A stretch of DNA of 64,000 nucleotides, taken from assembly GCA_002269645.1 (NCBI GenBank), contig NIVC01000283.1, forward strand, positions 62,001 through 126,000, read 5' to 3'. The notes beneath the pieces were generated by a model. It made no database searches. It saw nothing but the letters and a program-made list of their open reading frames with translations, and had not been told where the DNA came from. This DNA comes from Macrostomum lignano. Lineage: Eukaryota. Shown here piece after piece: positions 43,336-57,700 of this stretch (position 1 is the first letter of the stretch; each line of letters starts with the position of its first letter). The position numbers and the translations under genes are program-made.

Positions 43336-43883
43336 AGTCATTGCAAACCAACTCAGTAGTGACTCTAGCGACTCAGGGGACGACTCTCTTGTCACTTTTT
43401 ACCAACTCAAACGACTGTACTGCAGCGGAGCCTGTTGAGTCACGAGCAAAAAAAATCGTCTAAGAGTCGTTGCTTTTGCGCTTAACATTCTACTAACTCT
43501 AGTAGGCTAAATAGAGTTGTTATGAATGCAAAATGCGATTCTAATTCATAGAGTGACGTAGACTTCAGCGACTTTGACACGCCTCAGATAGGACTCTACG
43601 GACCCAGAGTTGTTTCCGAATCGCAGACAATAAAACACCTCAAATAGACTCTTAGATGCTTCTATGACGACTTTTTGGCGACTCGTACCGTGACCCAAAA
43701 ATCTGCAAGTAGTACTAATTAGATGACGAGGCATTTACCCTTGATAGTACAATCATAGTTACTCGTTCCGTTTACTCAAAATTACGGTTATATTTGTTTA
43801 GGTAAGTCCCATTTTGGATCTAAAAGTAAGTCGCCCGCCCGGTGTAAATCAGGGGGTTGCGTCTGCCTAGGTACCGTTTTCAT
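43336..43883. mobile_element. Diverged relative of the 6933-8152 TIR element, without the satellite expansion
   Basis: Collinear shared blocks: GATTCTAATTCAT, ACGCCTCAGATAGGACTCTACGG, TTTTTGGCGACTCGTACCG, and the terminus CCTAGGTACCGTTTTCA. Confidence 0.6.
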
Positions 43884-43945
43884 CATCTAGAAAGTTATTT
43901 TTCGATACATATCGGACCCTAATTATCTTGATATTTATTTCTCAG

Positions 43946-44084
43946 GTTCCTTCTGGCCACATTCTACAGCCGCTACGACCAAATTCATTTCATCGCGAAC
44001 GCCCTGTCACTGGTGGTGTTGTCCATCGCGCCAAAACTGCCCATGTTCTATCGAGTGCGGCTTTTTGGCATCAACAAATGGTGA
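43946..44084 (+). CDS. ORMDL: ORM1-like protein, exon 2 (total 154 aa)
   Basis: Acceptor tttctcag, then FLLATFYSRYD..HF..N...PKLP.FYRVRLFGINKW*. AATAAA near 44148. Confidence 0.97.
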
Positions 44085-44420
44085 ACTGGTTGCTGTGGGG
44101 AACTGAGTTGTGCAATATTTTATGCATTAGCTATCAGTCATCTGTGTAATAAATCTTCATTTTTTGGATTGGGCTATTTTTCTGATGGATGTGATTCAAA
44201 ATAATATAGATTTATAATTTGTTTATTTTTCTTGATCAAATAGCAAAACATAACGTAGAAATTTTAACAGCTGATTTCAAATTAAAGTGGTTCTGACATG
44301 TTCTGTTTGTTGTTCTGTGCAATGGCTTTGGTTGTTGCAAATTCGATTGTCTTTAACTTCTTTTCAGTTTCCTGTTGTTTGCACTGGCTGACTGCTATGT
44401 AGCAAAACTTAAGACTTCTA

Positions 44421-46310
44421 GCCCCTCCCTGAGTATTCAGGGGGAACCACACACACACACACTGTCCCCCCCCCCCTGAGTATTCAGTGGGAGCCACACA
44501 CAGACACTGTCCCCTCCTTGAGTATTCAGTGGGAGCCACACACACACACACTGTCCCCTCCCTGAGTGTTCAGTGGGAGCCACACACACACTGTCCCCTC
44601 CCTGAGTATTCAGTGGGAGCCACACACAGACACTGTCCCCTCCCTGAGTATTCAGTGGGAGCCACACACACATACTGTCCCCTCCCTGAGTGTTCAGTGG
44701 GAGCCACACACACACTGTCCCCTCCCTGAGTATTCAGTGGGAGCCACACACACTGTCCCCTCCCTGAGTATTCAGTGGGAGCCACACACACTGTCCCCTC
44801 CCTGAGTATTCAGTGGGAGCCACACACACACACTGTCCCCTCCCTGAGTATTCAGTGGGAGCCACACACACTGTCCCCTCCCTGAGTATTCAGTGGGAGC
44901 CACACACACACTGTCCCCTCCCTGAGTATTCAGTGGGAGCCACACACACACTGTCCCCTCCCTGAGTGTTCAGTGGGAGCCACACACACTGTCCCCTCCC
45001 TGAGTATTCAGTGGGAGCCACACACACTGTCCCCTCCCTGAGTATTCAGTGGGAGCCACACACACTGTCCCCTCCCTGAGTATTCAGTGGGAGCCACACA
45101 CACACACACACTGTCCCCTCCCTGAGTATTCAATGGGAGCCACACACACACACTGTCCCCTCCCTGAGTATTCAGTGGGAGCCACACACACACACTGTCC
45201 CCTCCCTGAGTGTTCAGTGGGAGCCACACACACACACTGTCCCCTCCCTGAGTATTCAGTGGGAGCCACACACACACACTGTCCCCTCCCTGAGTGTTCA
45301 GTGGGAGCCACACACACTGTCCCCTCCCTGAGTGTTCAGTGGGAGCCACACACACACTGTCCCCTCCCTGAGTATTCAGTGGGAGCCACACACACACTGT
45401 CCCCTCCCTGAGTATTCAGTGGGAGCCACACACACACTGTCCCCTCCCTGAGTGTTCAGTGGGAGCCACACACACTGTCCCCTCCCTGAGTGTTCAGTGG
45501 GAGCCACACACACTGTCCCCTCCCTGAGTGTTCAGTGGGAGCCACACACACTGTCCCCTCCCTGAGTGTTCAGTGGGAGCCACACACACTGTCCCCTCCC
45601 TGAGTGTTCAGTGGGAGCCACACACACACTGTCCCCTCCCTGAGTATTCAGTGGGAGCCACACACACACACACTGTCCCCTCCCTGAGTATTCAGTGGGA
45701 GCCACACACACACACTGTCCCCTCCCTGAGTGTTCAGTGGGAGCCACACACACTGTCCCCTCCCTGAGTGTTCAGTGGGAGCCACACACACTGTCCCTTC
45801 CCTGAGTGTTCAGTGGGAGCCACACACACTGTCCCCTCCCTGAGTGTTCAGTGGGAGCCACACACACACACACTGTCCCCTCCCTGAGTGTTCAGTGGGA
45901 GCCACACACACTGTCCCCTCCCTGAGTGTTCAGTGGGAGCCACACACACTGTCCCTTCCCTGAGTGTTCAGTGGGAGCCACACACACTGTCCCCTCCCTG
46001 AGTGTTCAGTGGGAGCCACACACACACACACTGTCCCCTCCCTGAGTGTTCAGTGGGAGCCACACACACTGTCCCCTCCCTGAGTGTTCAGTGGGAGCCA
46101 CACACACTGTCCCCTCCCTGAGTGTTCAGTGGGAGCCACACACACTGTCCCCTCCCTGAGTGTTCAGGGGGAGCCACACACACACACTGTCCCCTCCCTG
46201 AGTATTCAGTGGGAGCCACACACACACACACTGTCCCCTCCCTGAGTATTCAGTGGGAGCCACACACACACTGTCCCCTCCCTGAGTATTCAGTGGGCCA
46301 CACACACACA
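44421..46310. repeat. Compound minisatellite: 32-bp constant unit CTGTCCCCTCCCTGAGTRTTCAGTGGGAGCCA plus a variable (CA)n tract
   Basis: About 43 units whose length varies only by CA number. Confidence 0.97.
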
Positions 46311-47039
46311 GGAGTCCCTTTAGCATCCAATGAATATTCCTCTCAACTGAGCTGTCTGAAATGAGCAAATTCTGGAACGATTTCCGAAAGTTTCCATCAC
46401 AGTTTTTTTTACAACCGTACTAACTAGAATATGCTATATTAATAAGTATTTTTATTAGAGTTTTCAGAGAAGTCAATATTATTATAATTCTATTTCATAT
46501 AAATATGATTTTTCTGATGAAACTATTTTGCAGTGTAATATTAACCTCTATTGTTACTGCTGTGTGTCTTTTGGTGCGGTGTCTGTAATTGTCGTTGTTC
46601 GTACTGTTTAAAATTATAATACTACTATGTAGATTTTTTGTATAATAAATTCATGTCATAAAAATTTCAAGTGTACATGCGGGAATCTGATTACAGTTCA
46701 TTTCTTTCATCATTTCGTGTTCTGTAAGGTTCGGCTTTAAAAGAAATAATTATATTTTTGGCTTAATAGCTGCAGGCACTCGCGCACTTGTTTGTTTGCA
46801 ATTTGAATTAATATTGAACTTTTATTTTGCAATTTTTGGTTTTTCTTTACAAATAAATAGATTAGTTGTTGAGCTGGTTTAAAGCACCAGTCTTTTCTGT
46901 TGGCTGACTGGTTCAAACTAAAAATTATAAATTACTGCAAAATTAATGTATTTTGTTTATATGCATTGTATTTTGCATAGTTGCAGTGTTTTCAAGTTGG
47001 AGATGATGTAGAGTAAGTGAAGACATAGGAGTTTGTGAA

Positions 47040-48135
47040 GAAGCAGAATTGGTGAAGCTGAGGAGTTTGTGGAGATGTAGAGTTGGTAAAGATTTAGAGT
47101 TTGTGAAGATGTAGAGTTGGTGAATATATAGAGTTGGTGAAGATATAGAGTTGGTGAAGATTTAGATTTTGTGAAGATATAGAGTTGGTGAAGATTTAGA
47201 GTTCGTGAAGATATAGAGTTGGTGAAGATTTAGAGTTTGTGAATATGTTATCTTGGTGAAGATGTAGAGTTAGTGAAGATATAGAGTTGGTGAAGATTTA
47301 GAGTTTGTGAAGATGTAGAGTTGGTGAATATGATGAGTTTGTGAAGATATAGAGTTGGTGAATATGTTAAGTTGGTGAAGATATAGAGTTGGTGAATATG
47401 TTAAGTTGGTGAAGATGTAGAGTTGGTGAATATGTTAAGTTGGTGAAGATGTAGAGTTGGTGAATATGTTAAGTTGGTGAAGGTGTAGAGTTGGTGAAGA
47501 TGTAGAGTTGGTGAAGATGTAGAGTTGGTGAAGATTTAGAGTTTGTGAAGATGTAGAGTTGGTGAATATGATGAGTTTGTGAAGATATAGAGTTGGTGAA
47601 TATGTTAAGTTGGTGAAGATATAGAGTTGGTGAATATGTTAAGTTGGTGAAGATGTAGAGTTGGTGAATATGTTAAGTTGGTGAAGGTGTAGAGTTGGTG
47701 AAGATGTAGAGTTAGTGAAGATATAGAGTTGGTGAAGATTTAGAATTTGTGAATATGTTATTTTGGTGAAGATGTAGAGTTAGTGAAGATATAGAGTTGG
47801 TGAAGATTTAGAGTTTGTGAATATGTTATCTTGGTGAAGATGAAGAGTTAGTGAAGATATAGAGTTGGTGAAGATTTAGATTTTGTGAATATGTTATCTT
47901 GGTGAAGATGTAGAGTTAGTGAAGATATAGAGTTGGTGAAGATGTAGAGTTGGTGAATATGTTAAGTTGGTGAAGATGTAGAGTTGGTGAAGATGTAGAG
48001 TTGGTGAAGATGTAGAGTTGGTGAAGATGTAGAGTTGGTGAAGATGTAGAGTTGGTGAAGATGTAGAGTTGGTGAAGATGTAGAGTTGGTGAATATGATG
48101 AGTTGGTGAAGATGTAGAGTTCCTAAAGATTTAGA
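47040..48135. repeat. 17-bp minisatellite GAGTTGGTGAAGATGTA with variants
   Basis: Period 17 in the homogeneous part (47960-48120), with degenerate multimers to the left. Confidence 0.95.
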
Positions 48136-48622
48136 GTTATTCAAGATGGAGTTAGAGAGGATATACAGTTCGTGAGCATTGAGAATTGAATATTTCTAGA
48201 CATTAGGTAATTAAAAAATCACCACTATAGTATCCGAAGTAAACTAAACGCCGTCAGTTGAAGTCTGACAGAGAGAGCCAGGGTGATTTTTTCCCACGGC
48301 TATTAAAATTACTGGTAAAACCCATAATTATAGTGTGGCGAATGCATGCACCAAAATTAATTTATAGCAATGTTCGTTCACTGCTGAGTTCTGATAAAAC
48401 CCAGTCGAGACAAACAGAAATGTGTCACGTCCAGGTTAGTTTAGTAACAGGTGGTGCTGATAAGACGGTACCAGGCTACCCTTGGCCTTAACTGACCTTA
48501 TCTAACACCGGCCGGTTGGGTGTCCGGTGCACCTTCTTACATAATTGCCAAATTATTTATTTGGGAAATCAATTTTTGCTTAAATGGCTTATCATTTTTT
48601 CCATTTGTGGTTTCTAACAAAG

Positions 48623-48676
48623 GCTCAGAGTTTTACATTTCGAATATATAATTGCATTACTGTATTCACACAGCAG
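48623..48676 (+). other. Possible 54-nt exon immediately upstream of the large satellite
   Basis: CTAAC branch-like motif, AG acceptor at 48621-48622, strong donor CAG|GTGAGT at 48677, open in two frames. No homology recognised. Confidence 0.25.
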
Positions 48677-48734
48677 GTGAGTGTGCCAAAGCTGTCAAGC
48701 ATTTTGAAACATCGAATTTTTTATTTAGACGGAC

Positions 48735-51700
48735 CATGTTAGACACCAAACAACATGTTAGACACAACAGCCTGTTAGACACCAAACAACCTGTTAGACA
48801 CAACAACCTGTTAGACACCAAACAACCTGTTAGACACAACAACCTGTTAGACACCAAACAACCTGTTAGACACCAAACAACCTGTTAGACACCAAACAAC
48901 CTGTTAGACACCAAACAACCTGTTAGACACCAAACAACCTGTTAGACACAAAAACAACCTGTTAGACACAACAGCCTGCTAGACACAACAACCTGTTAGA
49001 CAAAACAACCTGTTAGACACAAAAACAACCTGTTAGACACAACAGCCTGCTAGACACAACAACCTGTTAGACAAAACAACCTGTTAGACACCAAACAACC
49101 TGTTATACAAAACAACCTTTTAGACTCTAAACAACCTGTTAGACAAAACAGCCTGTTAGACACCAAACAACCTGTTAGACACAACAGCCTGCTAGACACA
49201 ACAACCTGTTAGACACCAAACAACCTGTTAGACACCAAACAACCTGTTAGACAAAACAACCTTTTAGACTCTAAACAACCTGTTAGACAAAACAGCCTGT
49301 TAGACACCAAACAACCTGTTAGACAAAACAACCTTTTAGACTCTAAACAACCTGTTAGACACAACAACCTGTTAGACACCAAACAACCTGTTAGACAAAA
49401 CAACCTTTTAGACTCTAAACAACCTGGTAGACAAAACAGCCTGTTAGACACCAAACAACCTGTTAGACACAACAGCCTGTTAGACACAACAGCCTGCTAG
49501 ACACAACAACCCGTTAGACACCAAACAACCTGTTAGACACAACAGCCTGTTAGACACAACAGCCTGCTAGACACAACAACCTGTTAGACTCAAACAACCT
49601 GTTAGACACAACAGCCTGTTAGACACAACAGCCTGCTAGACACAACAACCCGTTAGACACCAAACAACCTGTTAGACACAACAACCTGTTAGACACAACA
49701 GCCTGCTAGACACAACAACCCGTTAGACACCAAACAACCTGTTAGAAACAACAACCTGTTAGACACAACAGCCTGCTAGACACAACAACCTGTTAGACAC
49801 CAAACAGCCTGCTAGACACAACAACCCGTTAGACACCAAACAACCTGTTAGACACAACAACCTGTTAGACACGAAACAACCTGTTAGACACCAAACAACC
49901 TTTTAGACACAAAAACAAACTGTTAGACACAACAGCCTGCTAGACACAACAACCGGTTAGACAAAACAACCTGTTAAACACCAAACAACCTGTTAGACAC
50001 AACAGCCTGTTAGACACAACAACCTGTTAGACACCAAACAACCTGTTAGACACCAAACAACCTGTTAGACACCAAACAACCTTTTAGACACAAAAACAAA
50101 CTGTTAGACACAACAGCCTGCTAGACACAACAACCTGTTAGACAAAATAACCTGTTAGACACCAAACAACCTGTTAGACACAACAACTTGTTAGACACCA
50201 AACAACCTGTTAGACAAAACAACCTTTTAGACTCTAAACAACCTGGTAGACAAAACAGCCTGTTAGACACCAAACAACCTGTTAGACACAACAGCCTGTT
50301 AGACACCAAACAACCTGTTAGACACAACAGCCTGTTAGACACAACAGCCTGCTAGACACAACAACCCGTTAGACACCAAACAACCTGTTAGACACAACAG
50401 CCTGTTAGACACAACAGCCTGCTAGACACAACAACCTGTTAAACACCAAACAACCTGTTAGACACAACAACCTGTTAGACACAACAGCCTGCTAGACACA
50501 ACAAAACGTTAGACACCAAACAACCTGTTAGACACCAAACAACCTGTTAGACACAACAGCCTGCTAGACACAACAACCTGTTAGACACCAAACAGCCTGC
50601 TAGACACAACAACCCGTTAGACACCAAACAACCTGTTAGACACAACAGCCTGTTAGACACAAAAACAACCTGTTAGACACAACAGCCTGCTAGACACAAC
50701 AACCTGTTAGACAAAACAACCTGTTAGACACCAAACAACCTGTTAGACAAAACAACCTTTTAGACTTTAAACAACCTGTTCGACAAAACAGCCTGTTAGA
50801 CACCAAACAACCTGTTAGACACAACAGCCTGTTAGACACCAAACAACATGTTAGACACCAAACAACCTGTTAGACACCAAACAACCTGTTAGACAAAACA
50901 ACCTTTTAGACTCTAAACAACTTGTTAGACAAAACAGCCTGTTAGACACCAAACAACCTGTTAGACACGAAACAACCTGTTAGACACCAAACAACCTTTT
51001 AGACACAAAAACAAACTGTTAGACACAACAGCCTGCTAGACACAACAACCTGTTAGACAAAACAACCTGTTAGACACCAAACAACCTGTTAGACACAACA
51101 ACCTGTTAGACACCAAACAACCTGTTAGACAAAACAACCTTTTAGACTCTAAACAACCTGGTAGACAAAACAGCCTCTTAGACACCAAACAACCTGTTAG
51201 ACACAACAGCCTGTTAGACACAACAGCCTGCTAGACACAACAACCCGTTAGACACCAAACAACCTGTTAGACACAACAGCCTGTTAGACACAACAGCCTG
51301 CTAGACACAACAACCCGTTAGACACCAAACAACCTGTTAGACACAACAGCCTGTTAGACAGAACAGCCTGCTAGACACAACAACCCGTTAGACACCAAAC
51401 AACCTGTTAGACACAACAACCTGTTTGACACAACAGCCTGCTAGACACAACAACCTGTTAGACACGAAACAACCTGTTAGACACCAAACAACCTTTTAGA
51501 CACAAAAACAAACTGTTAGACACAACAGCCTGCTAGACACAACAACCTGTTAGACAAAACAACCTGTTAGACACCAAACAACCTGTTAGACACAACAACC
51601 TGTTAGACACCAAACAACCTGTTAGACAAAACAACCTTTTAGACTCTAAACAACCTGGTAGACAAAACAGCCTCTTAGACACCAAACAACCTGTTAGACA

Positions 51701-54700
51701 CCAAACAACCTGTTAGACACCAAACAACCTGTTAGACACCAAACAACCTGTTAGACACAACAGCCTGCTAGACACAACAACCTGTTAGACAAAACAACCT
51801 GTTAGACACCAAACAACCTGTTATACAAAACAACCTTTAAGACTCTAAACAACCTGTTAGACAAATCAGCCTGTTAGACACCAAACAACATGTTAGACAC
51901 AACAGCCTGTTAGACACAAAAACAACCTGTTAGACACAACAGCCTGTTAGACACAACAGCCTGCTAGACACAACAACCTGTTAGACACCAAACAACCTGT
52001 TAGACACAACAACCTGTTAGACACAACAGCCTGCTAGACACAACAACCCGTTAGACACCAAACAACCTGTTAGACACAACAACCTGTTAGACACAACAGC
52101 CTGTTAGACACAACAACCTGTTAGACACCAAACAGCCTGCTAGACACAACAACCCGTTAGACACCAAACAACCTGTTAGACAAAACAACCTGTTAGACAC
52201 AACAGCCTGCTAGACACAACAACCTGTTAGACAAAACAACCTTTTAGACTCTAAACAACCTGTTAGACAAAACAGCCTGTTAGACACCAAACAACCTGTT
52301 AGACACAACAGCCTGCTAGACACAACAACCCGTTAGACACCTAACAACCTGTTAGACACAACAGCCTGCTAGACACAACAACCTGTTAGACACCAAACAA
52401 CCTGTTAGACACAACAACCTGTTAGACACAACAGCCTGCTAGACACAACAACCCGTTAGACACCAAACAACCTGTTAGACACAATAACCTGTTAGACACA
52501 ACAGCCTGCTAGACACAACAACCCGTTAGACACCAAACAACCTGTTAGATAAAACAACCTGTTAGACACCAAACAACCTGTTAGACAAAACAAGCTTTTA
52601 GACTCTAAACAACCTGTTAGACAAAACAGCCTGTTAGACACCAAACAACCTGTTAGACACAACAGCCTGTTAGACACCAAACAGCCTGTTAGACACCAAA
52701 CAACCTGTTAGACACAACAACCTGTTAGACACCAAACAACCTGTTAGACACCAAACAACCTGTTAGACACCAAACAACCTGTTAGACACCAAACAACCTG
52801 TTAGACACCAAACAACCTGTTAGACACAAAAACAACCTGTTAGACACAAAAGCCTGCTAGACACAACAACCGGTTAGACAAAACAACCTGTTAAACACCA
52901 AACAACCTGTTAGACAAAACAACCTTTTAGACACCAAACAACCTGTTAGACACTAAACAACCTGTTAGACACCAAACAACCTGTTAGACACCAAACAACC
53001 TGTTAGACACCAAACAACCTGTTAGACAAAACAACCTGTTAGACACCAAACAACCTGTTATACAAAACAACCTTTTAGACTCTAAACAACCTGTTAGACA
53101 AAACAGCCTGTTAGACACCAAACAACCTGTTAGACACAACAGCCTGTTAGACACAACAACCTGTTAGACACCAAACAACCTGTTAGACATCAAACAACCT
53201 GTTAGACAAAACAACCTTTTAGACTCTAAACAACCTGTTAGACAAAACAGCCTGTTAGACACCAAACAACCTGTTAGTCACAACAGCCTGTTAGACACAA
53301 CAGCCTGCAAGACACAACAACCCGTTAGACACCAAACAACCTGTTAGACAAAACAACCTTTTAGACACAAAAACAAACTGTTAGACACAACAGCCTGCTA
53401 GACACAACAGCCTGCTAGACAAAACAACCTTTTAGACTCTAAACAACCTGTTAGACACAACAACCTGTTAGACACAACAGCCTGCTAGACACAACAACCT
53501 GTTAGACACCAAACAACCTGTTAGACACAACAACCTGTTAGACACAACAGCCTGCTAGACACAACAACCGTTAGACACAAAACAACCTGTTAGACACAAC
53601 AGCCTGTTAGACACAACAGCCTGCTAGACACAACAACCCGTTAGACACCAAACAACCTGTTAGACACAACAGCCTGTTAGACACAACAGCCTGCTAGACA
53701 CAACAACCTGTTAGACACCTAACAACCTGTTAGACACAACAGCCTGTTAGACACAACAGCCTGCTAGACACAACAACCCGTTAGACACCAAACAACCTGT
53801 TAGACACAACAACCTGTTAGACACAACAACCGTTAGACACCAAACAACCTGTTAGAACAACAACCTGTTAGACACAACAGCCTGCTAGACACAACAACCT
53901 GTTAGACACAAACAGCCTGCTAGACACAACAACCTTAGACACCAAACAACCTGTTAGACACAACAACCTGTTAGACACAAACAACCTGTTAGACACCAAA
54001 CAACCTTTAGACACAAAAACAAACTGTTAGACACAACAGCCTGCTAGACACAACAACCTGTTAGACAAAACAACCTGTTAGACACCAAACAACCTGTTAG
54101 ACACAACAACCTGTTAGACACCAAACAACCTGTTAGACAAAACAACCTTTTAGACTCTAAACAACCTGTAGACAAAACAGCCTGTTAGACACCAAACAAC
54201 CTGTTAGACACCAAACAACCTGTTAGACACCAAACAACCTGTTAGACACCAAACAACCTGTTAGACACCAAACAACCTGTTAGACACCAAACAACCTTTT
54301 AGACACAAACAACTGTTAGACACAACAGCCTGCTAGACACAACAACCTGTTAGACAAAACAACCTGTTAGACACCAAACAACCTGTTAGACACAACAACC
54401 TGTTAGACACCAAACAACCTGTTAGACAAAACAACCTTTTAGACTCTAAACAACCTGGTAGACAAAACAGCCTGTTAGACACCAAACAACCTGTTAGACA
54501 CAACAGCCTGTTAGACACAACAGCCTGCTAGACACAACAACCTGTTAGACACCAAACAACCTGTTAGACACAACAGCCTGTTAGACACAACAGCCTGCTA
54601 GACACAACAACCTGTTAGACACCAAACAACCTGTTAGACACAACAACCTGTTAGACACAACAGCCTGCTAGACACAACAACCCGTTAGACACCAAACAAC

Positions 54701-57700
54701 CTGTTAGACACCAAACAACCTGTTAGACACAACAGCCTGTTAGACACAACAACCTGTTAGACACAAACAGCCTGCTAGACACAACAACCTGTTAGACACC
54801 AAACAACCTGTTAGACACAACAACCTGTTAGACACAACAGCCTGTTAGACACAACAACCTGTTAGACACAAACAACCTGTTAGACACAACAGCCTGTTAG
54901 ACACCAAACAACCTGTTAGACACAACAGCCTGCTAGACACAACAACCTGTTAGACAAAACAACCTGTTAGACACCAAACAACCTGTTAGACACAACAACC
55001 TGTTAGACAAAACAACCTGTTAGACACCAAACAACCTGTTAGACACAAACAACCTGTTAGACACAAACAACCTGTTAGACAAAACCCTGTTAGACACCAA
55101 ACAACCTGTTAGACACAAACAACCTGTTAGACACAAACAACCTGTTAGACAAAACAACCTGTTAGACAAAACAACCTGTTAGACACCAAACAACCTGTTA
55201 GACACAACAACCTGTTAGACACAACAGCCTGTTAGACACAAACAACCTGTTAGACAAAACAACCTGTTAGACACCAAACAACCTGTTAGACACAACAACC
55301 TGTTAGACACCAAACAACCTGTTAGACAAAACAACCTGTTAGACACTAAACAACCTGTTAGACACAACAACCTGTTAGACACCAAACAACCTGTTAGACA
55401 AACAACCTTAGACTCAAACAACCTGTTAGACAAAACAACCTGTTAGACACCAAACAACCTGTTAGACACAACAGCCTGCTAGACACAACAACCCGTTAGA
55501 CACCAAACAACCTGTTAGACACAACAGCCTGTTAGACACAACAGCCTGCTAGACACAACAACCGTTAGACACCAAACAACCTGTTAGACACAACAACCTG
55601 TTAGACACAACAGCCTGCTAGACACAACAACCTGTTAGACACCAAACAACCTGTTAGACACAACAACCTGTTAGACACAACAGCCTGTTAGACACAACAA
55701 CCTGTTAGACACCAACAGCCTGTTAGACACAACAACCTGTTAGACACCAAACAACCTGTTAGACACAACAACCTGTTAGACACAACAACCTGTTAGACAC
55801 CAAACAACCTGTTAGACACAAACAGCCTTTAGACACAAAACCTGTTAGACAAAACAACCTGTTAGACACCAAACAACCTGTTAGACAAAACAACCTGTTA
55901 GACACAAACAACCTGTTAGACAAAACAACCTGTTAGACACCAAACAACCTGTTAGACACAACAACCTGTTAGACACAAACAACCTGTTAGACACAAACAA
56001 CCTGTTAGACACCAAACAACCTGTTAGACACCAAACAACCTGTTAGACACAACAGTTAGACACAACAACCTGTTAGACAAAACAACCTGTTAGACACCAA
56101 ACAACCTGTTAGACAAACAACCTTTAGACACAAACAACCTGTTAGACAAAACAGCCTGTTAGACACCAAACAACCTGTTAGACACAACAGCCTGTTAGAC
56201 AAACAACCTGTTAGACACAACAACCTGTTAGACACCAAACAACCTGTTAGACACAACAACCTGTTAGACACAACAGCCTGCTAGACACAACAACCTGTTA
56301 GACACCAAACAGCCTGCTAGACACAACAACCCGTTAGACACCAAACAACCTGTTAGACACAACAACCTGTTAGACACAACAGCCTGTTAGACACCAAACA
56401 ACCTGTTAGACACAACAGCCTGCTAGACACAACAACCTGTTAGACAAACAACCTGTTAGACACCAAACAACCTGTTAGACAAACAACCTTTAGACACAAA
56501 CAACCTGTTAGACAAAACAGCCTGTTAGACACCAAACAACCTGTTAGACACAACAGCCTGTTAGACACAAACAACCTGTTAGACAAAACAACCTGTTAGA
56601 CACCAAACAACCTGTTAGACACAACAGCCTGTTAGACACAACAACCTGTTAGACACCAAACAACCTGTTAGACACCAAACAACCTGTTAGACACCAAACA
56701 ACCTGTTAGACACAACAGCCTGCTAGACACAACAACCTGTTAGACAAACAACCTGTTAGACACCAAACAACCTGTTAGACAAAACAACCTTTAGACACAA
56801 CAACCTGTTAGACAAAACAACCTGTTAGACACCAAACAACCTGTTAGACACAACAGCCTGTTAGACACAAACAACCTGTTAGACACAACAGCCTGTTAGA
56901 CACAAACAACCTGCTTAGACACAACAACCTGTTAGACACCAAACAACCTGTTAGACACAACAACCTGTTAGACACAACAGCCTGCTAGACACAACAACCT
57001 GTTAGACACCAAACAACCTGTTAGACACAAACAACCTGTTAGACACAAACAACCTTAGACACAAAACCTGTTAGACACAACAGCCTGCTAGACACAACAA
57101 CCTGTTAGACAAAACAACCTGTTAGACACAAACAACCTGTTAGACACAACAACCTGTTAGACACAAACAACCTGTTAGACAAAACAACCTGTTAGACACA
57201 AACAACCTGTTAGACACAACAACCTGTTAGACAAAACAACCTGTTAGACACAAACAACCTGTTAGACACAACAGCCTGTTAGACACAAACAGCCTGTTAG
57301 ACACAACAACCTGTTAGACACAACAACCTGTAGACACAACAACCTGTTAGACACCAAACAACCTGTTAGACACAACAACCTGTTAGACACAACAGCCTGC
57401 TAGACACAACAACCTGTTAGACACAAACAACCTGTTAGACACAACAACCTGTTAGACACAAACAGCCTGCTAGACACAACAACCTGTTAGACACCAAACA
57501 ACCTGTTAGACACAACAACCTGTTAGACACCAAACAACCTGTTAGACACAACAACCTGTTAGACACAAACAACCTGTTAGACACAACAGCCTGTTAGACA
57601 CAAACAACCTGTTAGACACAACAGCCTGTTAGACACAAACAACCTGTTAGACACAACAACCTGTTAGACACAAACAACCTGTTAGACAAAACAACCTGTT

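Noticed and set aside
44421-46310. CRISPR-like pattern (constant 32-bp repeat with variable spacers)
   Set aside because: The spacers are only (CA)n of varying length, the context is eukaryotic, and there are no cas genes.
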